This document shows positions 30,282 to 40,640 of a stretch of 64,000 bases of DNA, one piece after another. A program made the position numbers and the translations under genes. Positions within the stretch are counted from its first letter, which is position 1, and the number at the start of each line of letters is the position of its first letter. Below the pieces are notes generated by a model that had not been told where the DNA came from, made no database searches, and was given only the letters and a program-made list of their open reading frames with translations. Origin of the DNA: Candidatus Obscuribacteraceae bacterium (lineage in GTDB: Bacteria > Cyanobacteriota > Vampirovibrionia > Obscuribacterales > Obscuribacteraceae); the NCBI GenBank assembly GCA_044226015.1, contig JBGAHS010000001.1:640001-704000 (forward strand). Reading direction: 5' to 3'.

Positions 30282-33200
30282 TTAGTTTTCCGATTTAGCG
30301 TTTTCAGTCAGAAAGTCCTTCAGCTTTCTCATCGCCATTTCGAATGACTTCTCCTCAATTCCGAAACATGCCCTTGCCCAATCATCGCTTCTTGACCATT
30401 TATCTGGGTTCATGAGAATCGCTTTTCTGGTGGCTAGCGTGTCTGTTTTTCCGCCGAGCTTTGCAAGCAAAAACATGCCACCGCGTCGTGCATATTTGAG
30501 TCCGTCGGCAAGCTCATGTTTTTGAAGCAAGTCTAGTAGACTCTTGCGATGATCACTCAAAATCGCTCTTGCCCCGTCTAAATATTCTTGCACCTCGGCG
30601 AATTCGCTTTTACCATCTATGAGTTGGTGGGGAGATTCAGGCAGGAATGCCGAGTAGAGCCTGTCCCAGGCACGCAGGACGACCTGCGGAACCTTGGTGC
30701 CGTGATTTCTGAGATAGTTTGCCCAGATTTCGTCAGGGCAGAGCATGAACCCGCAGCGAATTCCTCCTGCGGCGAAAGCCTTTGCCAGACCATCTGCCAC
30801 GAAAAGATACTTGCGTTCTTCTGCGCTTGCATTGTAAGCGAAGCTCAGTTCGGCTGGGGTCCATCGTCCTAATGAGGCGTCACTGAGTAGAAAGAAGATC
30901 TCATCGGCGAATAAATATATTTGACGTTCGGCACAAACTTTGAGGATCTTCTTTATGTTTTCCGGCTCTAGAAAAATTCCAGACGGATTGGCTGGTTGGC
31001 TGATGTAAATCAGGTCTGGCTTTCTATTCAGTAAAGCTATGTCCTCTGCCAGAGGGAAGAATCCATTTGCTAGTTTTGTGTCAAAGGTAATTACTTCAGC
31101 TGCGTGATATTGCAACATTGGAAAAATGGGACCATAGCTGCCTTTTGGCACAGCCACTAGAGCTGGTCTGCCCAGCTTTTTGTTTAGTGCCTGAATGAGT
31201 GAGCTGCTCAGAGGGAAGACACCTTGCCCTAAGACTATGTTGGCTGGGTTGACCTTTGCATGTCTGGTTTTTTGAACATAAGCAGCCACTCGTTCTTGTA
31301 GTGTTTCCGTTAGAGAATCTGAACGCCCTTCAAGGAAGCCCTTTAGCAGACCCTTTATTAGCAGGTTAGGAACCGGATATTCGAATTCGCCATAATCAAG
31401 GCGCACCAACTCAGCGGTTTCAAGAGGAATGGGTTTGTCTTCGAAAACAGGGTCTGCAGAGATTTGTTCGAATTCATCCGAAAGTTCAATTCCCGTTTTT
31501 GCCACATTGTTTCTTGTTCGCTGGCCCGATTCCACAAAGGGAAATGAGAGCAACTCGTCGAAAAGCCATTCATAGTAAAGTTGCACTATGAACGAAATGC
31601 GTGAATAACTCAGCTCAGCGCAGTATTCCAGCCCGTGAATCCAATCATCGGGAGCATTAATCAAAAAGCTCAATTCGAAATCGGGGCAAACCGTATTCTT
31701 GATTAAGCCGTAGAGGAAGATCAGGTTGCTAGGCACTTTCCTCTGTCCGAGTAATCTCAGGAGCAAATTACTTTGAATTTGTGAACCAATTTCGAAATGC
31801 TCTGAGTCATCGATTATGTAGCATCTATCGGGGTTTGCCTCAGCCTGTTGAATTAAGGTATCGAGAATAAGTGGAGAGGGGTCCTTCAACTGATATGGTG
31901 CAATGACGCAAATGCGTGCAGCAAAAACAGCGTCCATACTCAGCAGTTCGCTCAAGTCGTTGTTGCCCAGAATTGGCTCAAGACCTTGCTGTCGACACAA
32001 TTCTCCGTAGAGTGGATCAAGCGATGATGACAGTAGCACTCCGTCGCCAGGTTTCGCCACCATTTTTAGTATCATCGATAGGAGTTGTGGTCTATCGGGT
32101 CCAACAAAAAGGTGCTCAGGGTTTGCGTTGTAGTGACAGTAAAAAGATAGGAACTGTGCCAGCTTCTCTCGAAAATGCGCATCGCCCTTCTCATGGGGAT
32201 AGGGTATGGTGCGACGTTGCAGTAGTTCGTTGGAAAGCCGTTCAAGAAAACCAATTTGTTCTTCGCTTAGACGAGAAAGGTCGAGCTCTCTGCGAAGACC
32301 ATCAAGAGAGAGCTGGTGGAGGTTTCTTAGAAAACCTAATGTAGGTTTCTCAAACTGTGTCTCAGCCTGGTAAACGAGTAAATCATGGAAAATACTCTCG
32401 CCTCGTTTCTTCAACTGAACAGCGGTTGATGCTGGAATCGATTGCCGAGACTCTTGCGAAATGAAGAAATGAAATTTGATACCGTAGGCTTCCTCAAGAT
32501 TCACAAGTTGCACCAGGTCGGTGTCATCTGCTTGCTGAATTCTTCTAACCCAGGTCAGCGAAGGAGAGTAACCGCGTCTTTTGAACATTTCTTCTATGGC
32601 TTGTTGCCCGGGTCTTCCACCAAGAATTAGCGTCAGCGAGCCCTGCAGGTTCAAGCAAAGTTGTGCTTCCTCAAGTGCTCGAGCGATGAGTGGCAATCCA
32701 AATCTGTCTTCTAAAATACCCTGGTTAAAGCAGTAATTGCTCAAATCATATAGGTCTTGATACGACAAGTCTTGCAATGATTCAGCATTTTTTTCGGGAA
32801 CCGGGTGAAGGACTTGAGGAATGCAGCCTATGATGCGGTCAAACTTCTCATCTCGCGATAGTGGCGTTTGCAAAAGATCAGATTGTTCTGCGCGAAATGC
32901 TTTGACTATAGGAACCCCAGATAGCGCCATTCTAAGGGAACCATCTTCATTACTGCCATTCAGCCATTTGTTTATATTTGCCAGCGTCACTGCAACGGGG
33001 TTGATATCCAAGCCCAGCACTTCCACCACAGGGCTGCGTTGCAGCAAGAGCAGGCTTATCCAGCCGGATCCGGTGCCAAGTTCAACGATCTTTTTTCCAC
33101 GAAAGTGCTCAGTGTTTTTCAAGAGCCCTTCAGCGAAAGTACGCCCCCAGAACTCGGGAGAAAACACCGCCGGGTTCAGGATGAGTCGAATAGGCTCGGC

Positions 33201-33413
33201 GACACCGGGCACCTTTAAATTCTTGAAGGTCAAATGACCCGAATTCTCTCCCAGCTTGTCTAATTTTGCAGCTAGTTTATGAAGCACGCCACATGCATCA
33301 GCTGAAGTTTGTTCGTTCTCCAGCATGTTCAGTAGTTTTTCCAGAAACGCAAGTATTTCGGCTGGGCTGCTGCTGACTATCTCGTCAACTGACGGCAACA
33401 GTTTTGGTGACAT
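30282..33413 (-). CDS. Plant-type methionine S-methyltransferase (SAM MTase fused to PLP-aminotransferase-like domains)
   Basis: FSPEFW.RTF.EGL, ELGTGSGWIS, GLDINP, DRIIGCIPQVL, LSNYC..QG..ED.FGL.LIARA, GGRPGQ, QA.DTD; C-terminal DEIF and GLAK...RCG. ATG at 33413 preferred. Confidence 0.85.
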   Translation of the reverse strand: MSPKLLPSVDEIVSSSPAEILAFLEKLLNMLENEQTSADACGVLHKLAAKLDKLGENSGHLTFKNLKVPGVAEPIRLILNPAVFSPEFWGRTFAEGLLKNTEHFRGKKIVELGTGSGWISLLLLQRSPVVEVLGLDINPVAVTLANINKWLNGSNEDGSLRMALSGVPIVKAFRAEQSDLLQTPLSRDEKFDRIIGCIPQVLHPVPEKNAESLQDLSYQDLYDLSNYCFNQGILEDRFGLPLIARALEEAQLCLNLQGSLTLILGGRPGQQAIEEMFKRRGYSPSLTWVRRIQQADDTDLVQLVNLEEAYGIKFHFFISQESRQSIPASTAVQLKKRGESIFHDLLVYQAETQFEKPTLGFLRNLHQLSLDGLRRELDLSRLSEEQIGFLERLSNELLQRRTIPYPHEKGDAHFREKLAQFLSFYCHYNANPEHLFVGPDRPQLLSMILKMVAKPGDGVLLSSSLDPLYGELCRQQGLEPILGNNDLSELLSMDAVFAARICVIAPYQLKDPSPLILDTLIQQAEANPDRCYIIDDSEHFEIGSQIQSNLLLRLLGQRKVPSNLIFLYGLIKNTVCPDFELSFLINAPDDWIHGLEYCAELSYSRISFIVQLYYEWLFDELLSFPFVESGQRTRNNVAKTGIELSDEFEQISADPVFEDKPIPLETAELVRLDYGEFEYPVPNLLIKGLLKGFLEGRSDSLTETLQERVAAYVQKTRHAKVNPANIVLGQGVFPLSSSLIQALNKKLGRPALVAVPKGSYGPIFPMLQYHAAEVITFDTKLANGFFPLAEDIALLNRKPDLIYISQPANPSGIFLEPENIKKILKVCAERQIYLFADEIFFLLSDASLGRWTPAELSFAYNASAEERKYLFVADGLAKAFAAGGIRCGFMLCPDEIWANYLRNHGTKVPQVVLRAWDRLYSAFLPESPHQLIDGKSEFAEVQEYLDGARAILSDHRKSLLDLLQKHELADGLKYARRGGMFLLAKLGGKTDTLATRKAILMNPDKWSRSDDWARACFGIEEKSFEMAMRKLKDFLTENAKSEN

Positions 33414-33576
33414 GGAAGCTCTCAAAATGTAGTAATAAACGAGCAAATACTACAAGATTTCCCGGACGGGCGTGTGATTTCCGGTTCACCCTGTTTTATT
33501 GCTTGGAACAAAAGTGACTGGACATCGATCATTCTCGTTTATTTCTGTGGAATAAACGCAGCTCTCTTGGATAGAT

Positions 33577-33762
33577 TTATTGCAGAAAAGGCGCATGGAA
33601 ACAGGCTCTTGCTCGGAAAGTGCGCTGCTTGTTAATCAACTCTTTAGCTTCCATTTTCATTTTGTATTCGCTTACCTCCTTTGGTTCGGTCACTGGCGCC
33701 TTCGCTGCAGCTTTAGCAGCGGTCTTGAACTTGATGGATTGTGAGTCAACGCTTCGTTTCAT
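33577..33762 (-). CDS. Small basic hypothetical protein
   Basis: 61 aa from ATG 33762 (MKRSVDSQ...), K/A-rich; fills the intergenic gap. Confidence 0.4.
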   Translation of the reverse strand: MKRSVDSQSIKFKTAAKAAAKAPVTEPKEVSEYKMKMEAKELINKQRTFRARACFHAPFLQ

Positions 33763-33851
33763 ACATGCATTTTCTGAATCGTAGATTTTTGTCTCTATAG
33801 ACCAGAATTTGCGTATAATGAAACTACCTGCTGTCGTAAGCAAGTTCGGAG

Positions 33852-35804
33852 GTGCGTTTGGATTCAATAATCGGATCCACCATCGATGAAAAATTCCTGG
33901 TCCAAGCTCGTCTTGGTGTTGGTGGCTTGGGTACGGTTTTTAGAGCTGAGCAGGTTGATTTAGACCGAGCTGTTGCGCTCAAGGTTCTTCATCCTAACAT
34001 TATCGATGATAACGAGTTGACGACTCGCTTTCTGCAAGAAGCAAAAATTCTTGCGGAATTAAGCCATCCGAACATCGTTAAGGTATACAGCTTCGGCGTC
34101 ACGCAAGATTCGCTTCCCTATATGGCGATGGAGCTTCTTGACGGAAGAACGCTGGATTATTTCATTCGAAATAAGCTTTTGAGCTGGCAAGAGGTTCTTG
34201 ATGTTGCTATCCAAATATGCGATGCGGTCCATTACGCCCATCGAAATAGCATAGTTCATCGAGATATCAAGCCAGCCAATGTCATGGTCAAGAATGCAAG
34301 TGGGCAAAATTCGGTGAAGGTTTTGGATTTTGGTTTATCCAAAATCATACACAATAGCGACACACTAAACAGATTGACACAAACTGGAACTCTCATTGGC
34401 AGCGTCAACTATATGAGCCCTGAGCTTTGCGCCGGTGGCAAGGCTGATGAGCGTTCTGACATTTATTCTTTTGCGTGTTTGCTTTATGAGTGTATAGCAG
34501 GTGAACCGCCCCTGGTATCAGATAATCCGCTATCAACGGTGAACCTGCAAATCAATCAAATGCCTGTTCGCCTATCAAAGCGTAAGACCCAAGTCGAAGG
34601 CTTTCCTGAAGAGCTAGAGAAAATAATATTTAAGGCTCTTCAGAAGAAACCAGAAAAAAGATTTGCCAGTATGAAAGAGTTGTTCGATGCTTTGTGTAAC
34701 TTGAGAGATGGTCGCGCAGCTGAATTGGATTTCTCCTCGATTGAGTATAGTTCAGGCGGCTGGACAGTTGCTAAGCCTTCCGTTTCTATTTGTGTTGGAA
34801 TTATCATCGTTTCAATGTTGGGCTTCTATTTTTCTCAAGCAAATTTGGCTCCCAGAAAAACATCTAAGAAGCTACTAGCGCTTCCTGTGGATGATAGGAC
34901 ACGGCATCAGTTCAAGGCTCGTGCCCTTCTGAAGGATGCCGATACCATGATCAAAGAGAAACGCTTCAAGGCTGCACTGGCGCTGGTCAAGCGAGCTGCT
35001 GGTGAAGTTGCGCTTCGTTGCCCCGCTAGCCGTGGGCGCACCCAATCACTACAAGACCTGTATATATCCCGAGAGCTGGCAAAAGACCTTATCGCAATCG
35101 GACCCACAAGCGGCTTTCCAAACGATATGGATGAGTTGAAAATGAATAACACTCCAGAACTTTCTGGTTCGGACTATGGGGACCTTTTATCTTCGGTTGC
35201 AATAATTCAAGCTTATCTAGGGGTGATTTTACCCTCGGAGTTTAGCCTTCTTGAGGCTGTTTCTACGAATTACAGAATTGGACGAAAAGAAGAAATCAAA
35301 AAGCTGATAGAGCAAATCGCTATTCCGCAGAAGAGTTTCGAATTGGGCGCTGACACATTGGTGCTTTATTGGACCATTCAGCGTATCGTGCACTGTTATG
35401 CTCTGGCTTGTACTGATATCAGTGCCGCAAGAAAGGAAGTGGTCGAGATTGAAAAAGAATTACGAAAGAAATCTGCAGACCTGACGCCTCGCTGGCGCCG
35501 TGACTCTTATAATCCTCTGGCACAACTCTATCTGGATTTAGGCTTTGAAGAAGATTACCAGCGAATTGCATTGGAGCTCATTCCTATCGGGAAGCAATTG
35601 GAGTCTGGTTATCCCGGAAGCCTGATGATGCTTGCCGGACCGCTTGGCACTAGTTTGGATAAAAGCAATAAGAAAGCACAGAGGCTTGCTATGTTTAAGG
35701 ACTTGAGAGCCTTTTATGAAAAACTGATTCCAACGGCAAAAAATGACTACACCCTGGGTATTCTCAAAAGCTCTGAAAAGCAATGTAGAGAAAAGATGCG
35801 CTGA
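33852..35804 (+). CDS. Membrane-anchored Ser/Thr protein kinase with helical C-terminal domain
   Basis: GVGGLGTVF, VALK, HRDIKPAN, DFG, YMSPE; one TM helix. Confidence 0.92.
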   Translation: MRLDSIIGSTIDEKFLVQARLGVGGLGTVFRAEQVDLDRAVALKVLHPNIIDDNELTTRFLQEAKILAELSHPNIVKVYSFGVTQDSLPYMAMELLDGRTLDYFIRNKLLSWQEVLDVAIQICDAVHYAHRNSIVHRDIKPANVMVKNASGQNSVKVLDFGLSKIIHNSDTLNRLTQTGTLIGSVNYMSPELCAGGKADERSDIYSFACLLYECIAGEPPLVSDNPLSTVNLQINQMPVRLSKRKTQVEGFPEELEKIIFKALQKKPEKRFASMKELFDALCNLRDGRAAELDFSSIEYSSGGWTVAKPSVSICVGIIIVSMLGFYFSQANLAPRKTSKKLLALPVDDRTRHQFKARALLKDADTMIKEKRFKAALALVKRAAGEVALRCPASRGRTQSLQDLYISRELAKDLIAIGPTSGFPNDMDELKMNNTPELSGSDYGDLLSSVAIIQAYLGVILPSEFSLLEAVSTNYRIGRKEEIKKLIEQIAIPQKSFELGADTLVLYWTIQRIVHCYALACTDISAARKEVVEIEKELRKKSADLTPRWRRDSYNPLAQLYLDLGFEEDYQRIALELIPIGKQLESGYPGSLMMLAGPLGTSLDKSNKKAQRLAMFKDLRAFYEKLIPTAKNDYTLGILKSSEKQCREKMR

Positions 35805-35829
35805 GCTGAGCCTTCGGAATGTTTCTTGC

Positions 35830-37188
35830 TCAGTCAGTGCCAACTGGCATTGTGTGTTCAAGAATGAATGCTGATGCATTTTGCGTTCCATTTATGGCTC
35901 GGGCAATATGCTCGAATAAATCAACGCCGCTCTCCAGGCAATCTTCGTGAATAGAGAAATGAGATGAGTGCGCATTGTCTTTGCCGAGGTTGTCTTTGGC
36001 AATGCCCAAGCCGAAATAGGCTGAGGGAAGGCTCGCAGTGTAAAAGGAAAAATCTTCTGCGAACATGCCTTTCTCTTCCGGCAATATCTTCATTCCTTCC
36101 GCTTCTAACGCGGCGGCAAGTCTCTTGCACAAACTAGAATTATTGACGGTGACTGGTACCGAGTTCGTTATTGTTGCTTTTGCTTCGACACCATATGCGG
36201 AGGCAAGCCCACTCACAAGCTGCTGCACAAGTTCGCGATATGATTTGCCACGAAAGAGCTTTTCGTCCATGCCGAAGAAGGCACGAATGGTGCCCCCTAT
36301 AGTGATTGTTTCTGGAGCAACATTAGATTGCGAGCTCGACCAATCAGACGTGGTAATCGCGCAGACTGCCGGTGTGTAGATGGGGTCAGTGCATCTGCCT
36401 GGCAGCTTTTCCAATTCTAGAGTTATTAGCGATGCAAGAGAAGCAAGGTCATCACGTGCGGATGGAACCGCAGCGTGGCCACCGATGCCATTTATCTCGA
36501 CTTTTATGAAACTACTACCAGCAAGTATTGGACCGCCTGATAGCATGTGGTTGCCTACTGGAGAACCATTTGCACAGTGCTGAGCAAATATTGCCTGAAC
36601 TCCCAATCGTTTCAAAATGCCGTCTGCAACTATTTCGTCGGCTCCGCCCGGGCATTCTTCCGCGGGTTGAAAGAGAAGCACGATTTTTCCTTTGAACTTG
36701 CTCTTGTTTTGAATTAGCCGATGCGCTGTCTCCAAAAGAATCGCGGCATGGGCATCATGTCCGCAATTGTGCATCACTCCAGGAATTTTGCTGGCAAACT
36801 CAAGTCCGGTTTTTTCCAGGCATTTTCTTGCATCCATTTCCGAGCGCAAGCAAATAACAGGACCTTCCTCGCCCGTATCCAACACTGCCACAACGGTCGT
36901 AGGAGCTGACTCAACGCTGAGCAAATTGCTGTATCCGAACTTCGTTAACTCTGCCCTGATAAATGCTGCAGTCTTGTTTTCTTCTTTTCCCAGTTCTGGG
37001 TACTGGTGGAACTGATGATAATACGACTGAACTGGAGCATCCTTTTTTGATTCGGAAATTCTTTCTGCGCCTGCTAAAGCGGCGCCTGTGTGGGACGCCT
37101 GGCTTAGAAAGATACCCAAGATAAGCAGTCTAGGAACTAACTTTGACCATTTGGTTTCAGTCAAAATCTTCTTTGGGACTGCAATCAT
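35830..37188 (-). CDS. M20D-family amidohydrolase with N-terminal signal-like sequence
   Basis: HQYPELG.EE, RSEMDA, MHNCGHD.H, FQPAEE, AEDF, HS. Confidence 0.9.
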   Translation of the reverse strand: MIAVPKKILTETKWSKLVPRLLILGIFLSQASHTGAALAGAERISESKKDAPVQSYYHQFHQYPELGKEENKTAAFIRAELTKFGYSNLLSVESAPTTVVAVLDTGEEGPVICLRSEMDARKCLEKTGLEFASKIPGVMHNCGHDAHAAILLETAHRLIQNKSKFKGKIVLLFQPAEECPGGADEIVADGILKRLGVQAIFAQHCANGSPVGNHMLSGGPILAGSSFIKVEINGIGGHAAVPSARDDLASLASLITLELEKLPGRCTDPIYTPAVCAITTSDWSSSQSNVAPETITIGGTIRAFFGMDEKLFRGKSYRELVQQLVSGLASAYGVEAKATITNSVPVTVNNSSLCKRLAAALEAEGMKILPEEKGMFAEDFSFYTASLPSAYFGLGIAKDNLGKDNAHSSHFSIHEDCLESGVDLFEHIARAINGTQNASAFILEHTMPVGTD

Positions 37189-37249
37189 GGGCTATTCCTT
37201 TTCTTATTTTGCAGAAATACTAGGACTAGAACCTGTAGCCTGGTTCAAG

Positions 37250-38551
37250 CTATCGTGCAGAAGCTGTTGTAGCCTGTTCTTTTCCTGGCTTGAGATAAGT
37301 CACGCCGCCCAAGTATGACACGAGGACGCCTGGTACTTTGACTGAGCCATCGGCTTGCTGATAGTTTTCCAGGATAGCTGCTAGTGTGCGACCTATAGCT
37401 AGCCCTGAGCCATTGAGTGTGTGCATGTATCTCGGCTTGCCACCATCGGCGGGGCGATAGCGCAGGTTCGCTCTTCTGGCTTGAAATTCACCAAAATTAC
37501 TGCATGAGCTGATTTCTCTGTACTTGTTTTGTGCAGGGAACCAGACTTCGAGGTCATAACACTTGCGAGCTGAAAATCCCATGTCTCCTGCACAGAGAAG
37601 CATTCTGCGATAAGGCAGTTCAAGAGCCTCAAGTATTGCTTCCGCGTCACTGGTCATTTTCTCATGCTCTTCTTCAGAGCTTTCGGGCAAGGCAAATTTC
37701 ACGAGTTCAACTTTATTGAACTGGTGCATGCGAATGTAACCGCGCGTGTCCTTTCCTGCTGCACCAGCTTCTTTTCGGAAGTTTGGCGTATAGGCAGTGT
37801 GATAAATCGGAAGCGCACTTTCTTCGAGAATCTCATCGCGATAGAGATTGGTTACCGGTACTTCTGCGGTCGGAACGAGGTAGAGTTCTTCGCCGTCAAT
37901 TTTGTAAAAGTCACCGTCAAATTTCGGCAGCTGTCCTGTTCCTACCATGCATTCTCTGTTGACCATGATTGGTGGAAACACTTCGCGATAGCCTTTGGCT
38001 CCGTGAAGGTCAAGCATGAAGTTCATGAGCGCCCGCTCCATTTTTGCACCCATGTCCATGAGCGCGACAAAGCGAGATTCTGCAAGTTTTACGCCACGTT
38101 CAAAATCGAGAATCTGCAAGTCGGCTCCGAGTTCGTAGTGGGCTTTTGGATTCTCAATCTTTGGAATTTCGCCCCAGACCTTAACTTCGACGTTGTCGTT
38201 TTCGTCTTTGCCGCAAGGTACGTCGGCTGCTGGCACATTCGGTATTGATAGAATTTGTGTATCGCGTAATTTTTCAGCCTCTTTCAAGGCTGGTTCTACT
38301 GCTTCTTGCTTTTTCTTGAGCTCTTTCACTTCAGCTCTGAGACTTTCCATCTCTTCTTTGGCAAGTTTTCCAGACTTGAATTGCTCGGAAATTTCATTTG
38401 ATCGCCGTCTAAGAGCTTCTGCTTCTGCCAGAAGTTCTCTGACTTGCTTGTCGGTGGACAGCAATTCAGAAATGCTCCAGCCACCGTTGCGGTGGTCGAG
38501 ACCCTTTTGCACTTCATCAGCATTATCGCGAACAAATTTTATGTCGAGCAT
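37250..38551 (-). CDS. serS: Serine--tRNA ligase
   Basis: [41 protein letters not shown]. Confidence 0.98.
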   Translation of the reverse strand: MLDIKFVRDNADEVQKGLDHRNGGWSISELLSTDKQVRELLAEAEALRRRSNEISEQFKSGKLAKEEMESLRAEVKELKKKQEAVEPALKEAEKLRDTQILSIPNVPAADVPCGKDENDNVEVKVWGEIPKIENPKAHYELGADLQILDFERGVKLAESRFVALMDMGAKMERALMNFMLDLHGAKGYREVFPPIMVNRECMVGTGQLPKFDGDFYKIDGEELYLVPTAEVPVTNLYRDEILEESALPIYHTAYTPNFRKEAGAAGKDTRGYIRMHQFNKVELVKFALPESSEEEHEKMTSDAEAILEALELPYRRMLLCAGDMGFSARKCYDLEVWFPAQNKYREISSCSNFGEFQARRANLRYRPADGGKPRYMHTLNGSGLAIGRTLAAILENYQQADGSVKVPGVLVSYLGGVTYLKPGKEQATTASAR

Positions 38552-38622
38552 TTTTTTTTCTTCTCTTTGAACTTTGACAACTGTTTTTACGTTTTAAGTA
38601 CAGAAGCCCTTCCTCTGGAGGA

Positions 38623-39066
38623 ATGACAATGTACGCGAAAAAGAGATTATACCTTAGTCAAGTGGAATGGCGAAAGGCTAGAGACCGTAACGCGAAGCGA
38701 ATTGCAACAAGGGGTGAGAATCTGGCATGCGAATATCTTGAAGACAAGTGCTACAAGATTCTGGCTAGAAACTACCGTGCTGGGCGAATTGGAGAGATTG
38801 ACATCATTGCTCGTGACAGAGATGGAGTCATAATTTTTGTCGAAGTTAAAACGCGGACCATAGAAGCTCCTGTCTCCGGTATCCCAGAATTGGGATTTGA
38901 TGCGGTTGACTATCGCAAACAGAGAAAAATCCTCAGTGCTTCACAAGAATTTTTGAAGTCATGCGACTTAAGCCATTTGCGTTGGTCCTACGATGTTGTC
39001 GTGGTAATAATTCCGCGTCATCCGCCAAGCCTCATTGAAATCGCTCACGTGGTTAATGCCTTTTAG
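38623..39066 (+). CDS. yraN: YraN-family (UPF0102) endonuclease-like protein
   Basis: GE..A..YL, ARNYR, GEIDII, FVEVKTR, AV..KQRK, DVV. Confidence 0.9.
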   Translation: MTMYAKKRLYLSQVEWRKARDRNAKRIATRGENLACEYLEDKCYKILARNYRAGRIGEIDIIARDRDGVIIFVEVKTRTIEAPVSGIPELGFDAVDYRKQRKILSASQEFLKSCDLSHLRWSYDVVVVIIPRHPPSLIEIAHVVNAF

Positions 39067-39100
39067 TCTGAAGTTCAACGGACGGTGCCAACATGAGTTA

Positions 39101-39486
39101 TAGAGGGAGTTTGCTCTGTCCATTGCTGGAAAATTCCCGATGGGAGTAATACCGAATATGGTGCTTTGTCATGCCGCTGAAGATTAAAGCAAATTCCCGC
39201 TTTAGTTCTTGATTGTTCACAATGAGCAGATATTCAACAAGGCTCGTATCCCTGCTTTGTCTGGTCAGCGGGATCAGATTTAACTGAGTATTGGCGCATC
39301 TCTCAGCACTCAGTGTATGGGCTGAGCTCGGGGATAGAAGATGAGCCGGCGCTAGTTCTGATGCACACTAGATATACAGTGTACGTAATTCCCCCAGTGA
39401 CTCTGCTGGTGCGTTCTGATAGCCTAAAATTCGTCCGCGAAATAATGGTCTAGCGGTTTCAGAGTAAATTCAGCAGACCGAGTCAC
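39101..39486 (+). ncRNA. Candidate structured RNA or long 5' leader, family not recognised
   Basis: Several long-range stems: 39105-15/39188-98; 39241-52/39331-47; 39283-93/39304-14; 39397-408/39471-86. Confidence 0.35.
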
Positions 39487-39509
39487 CGATTTTAATCAAG
39501 GAAGAGCCT

Positions 39510-40415
39510 GTGTTTAAGTACTTTTTCCGCAAAAAAACAGAGGAAGCTCTCAGAAAAGGTTCAGCGAAAAAGCCACAAGCTGTCGCGTCTGACGTTTGCA
39601 AGCGTGCGATCGGTATGTTTCCTGACTCGGTCAGTCGCGAACCCGACTTTAAAGACACTGTCACGCTCAGATTTCATCACTTGCTCATCAGCCTCGAAGG
39701 CGCAGAGCGCACTGGATGCCTGAAAATTTCATCTCACTTAGCCCGTTCAAGATCAGCGCTCCTTCTCTTTAGAGGACGGGTGGTCGGCGCTGTCTACGGC
39801 AGGAAATACATGCGCGGTCAGTACTTACATCAGGACGCCCACCGTTGTGCGCTCGCTGATTTGGCAACACCAGGTAACCTTCTAGATGCTTACGAACTTC
39901 CAGAAGACCTTGTGCTGGCAGCGGCTTCCCTCTTCTACGGCGAGACATTGCAATTAAACATGGGACAGCCGGTTGAAGCCATTTTCGACTCAGCGCTTGG
40001 CTCATTGATTCGGTCTGGAATGCCTGGCTGCGTCATCGTCAACAGCTATACCGAAGAAACAGTTTGTATTGTCTATGTATCAAATGGGCGAGTAGTTGGC
40101 ATGTTCAGCGCTACTGAAGGTTGGACCCGTGGCACCCCAGATGTCTTGAAACGGCAGATCGCTGGACGTCAGTGCAAAGTGCATGCAGCAATTCTCCCTC
40201 TTACAGACGCTCGCTCGGTCGGCTTTAGCCTCTCGGGCATTGGAGATTTAGCTCCGAACGCCTCATTTGATGCCACGCCATATATGGATTTCACACCTGC
40301 ACCTTCTGCGACAGTCATGACGCCGTCTCGCGAGGCTGTAGCGCAAGCGGTGAGGCAACACCGGAATACCAGAGGTCATGTTAGAGCCGCAAGAGCATAC
40401 GCTCAAGTGTCCTAA
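39510..40415 (+). CDS. Hypothetical protein with two DUF4388/PATAN-like modules
   Basis: Duplicated motif GCLKI...LLFRGRVVGA / GCVIV...YVSNGRVVGM; AAGGAAG RBS before GTG. Confidence 0.7.
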   Translation: MFKYFFRKKTEEALRKGSAKKPQAVASDVCKRAIGMFPDSVSREPDFKDTVTLRFHHLLISLEGAERTGCLKISSHLARSRSALLLFRGRVVGAVYGRKYMRGQYLHQDAHRCALADLATPGNLLDAYELPEDLVLAAASLFYGETLQLNMGQPVEAIFDSALGSLIRSGMPGCVIVNSYTEETVCIVYVSNGRVVGMFSATEGWTRGTPDVLKRQIAGRQCKVHAAILPLTDARSVGFSLSGIGDLAPNASFDATPYMDFTPAPSATVMTPSREAVAQAVRQHRNTRGHVRAARAYAQVS

Positions 40416-40640
40416 CAACAGGGCTTCCACCTAATTAGTCTTAAAAAGAAAGCTGAGAGCGCATTATTGGCTCATTTCAATAGAATGCCAAATTTCAGCA
40501 GCATGAATCTGCTCGCCTGACAACTTTCGCTGCTGCTTTCTTTCATATAAGTTTTAAGCTTGCTCATGAATTTGCGCTTTAATCTCTCCGCATAGACGAT
40601 AATGAAGGCTTCTTCCTTTAATTCGTGACGGAGTCTTCGT

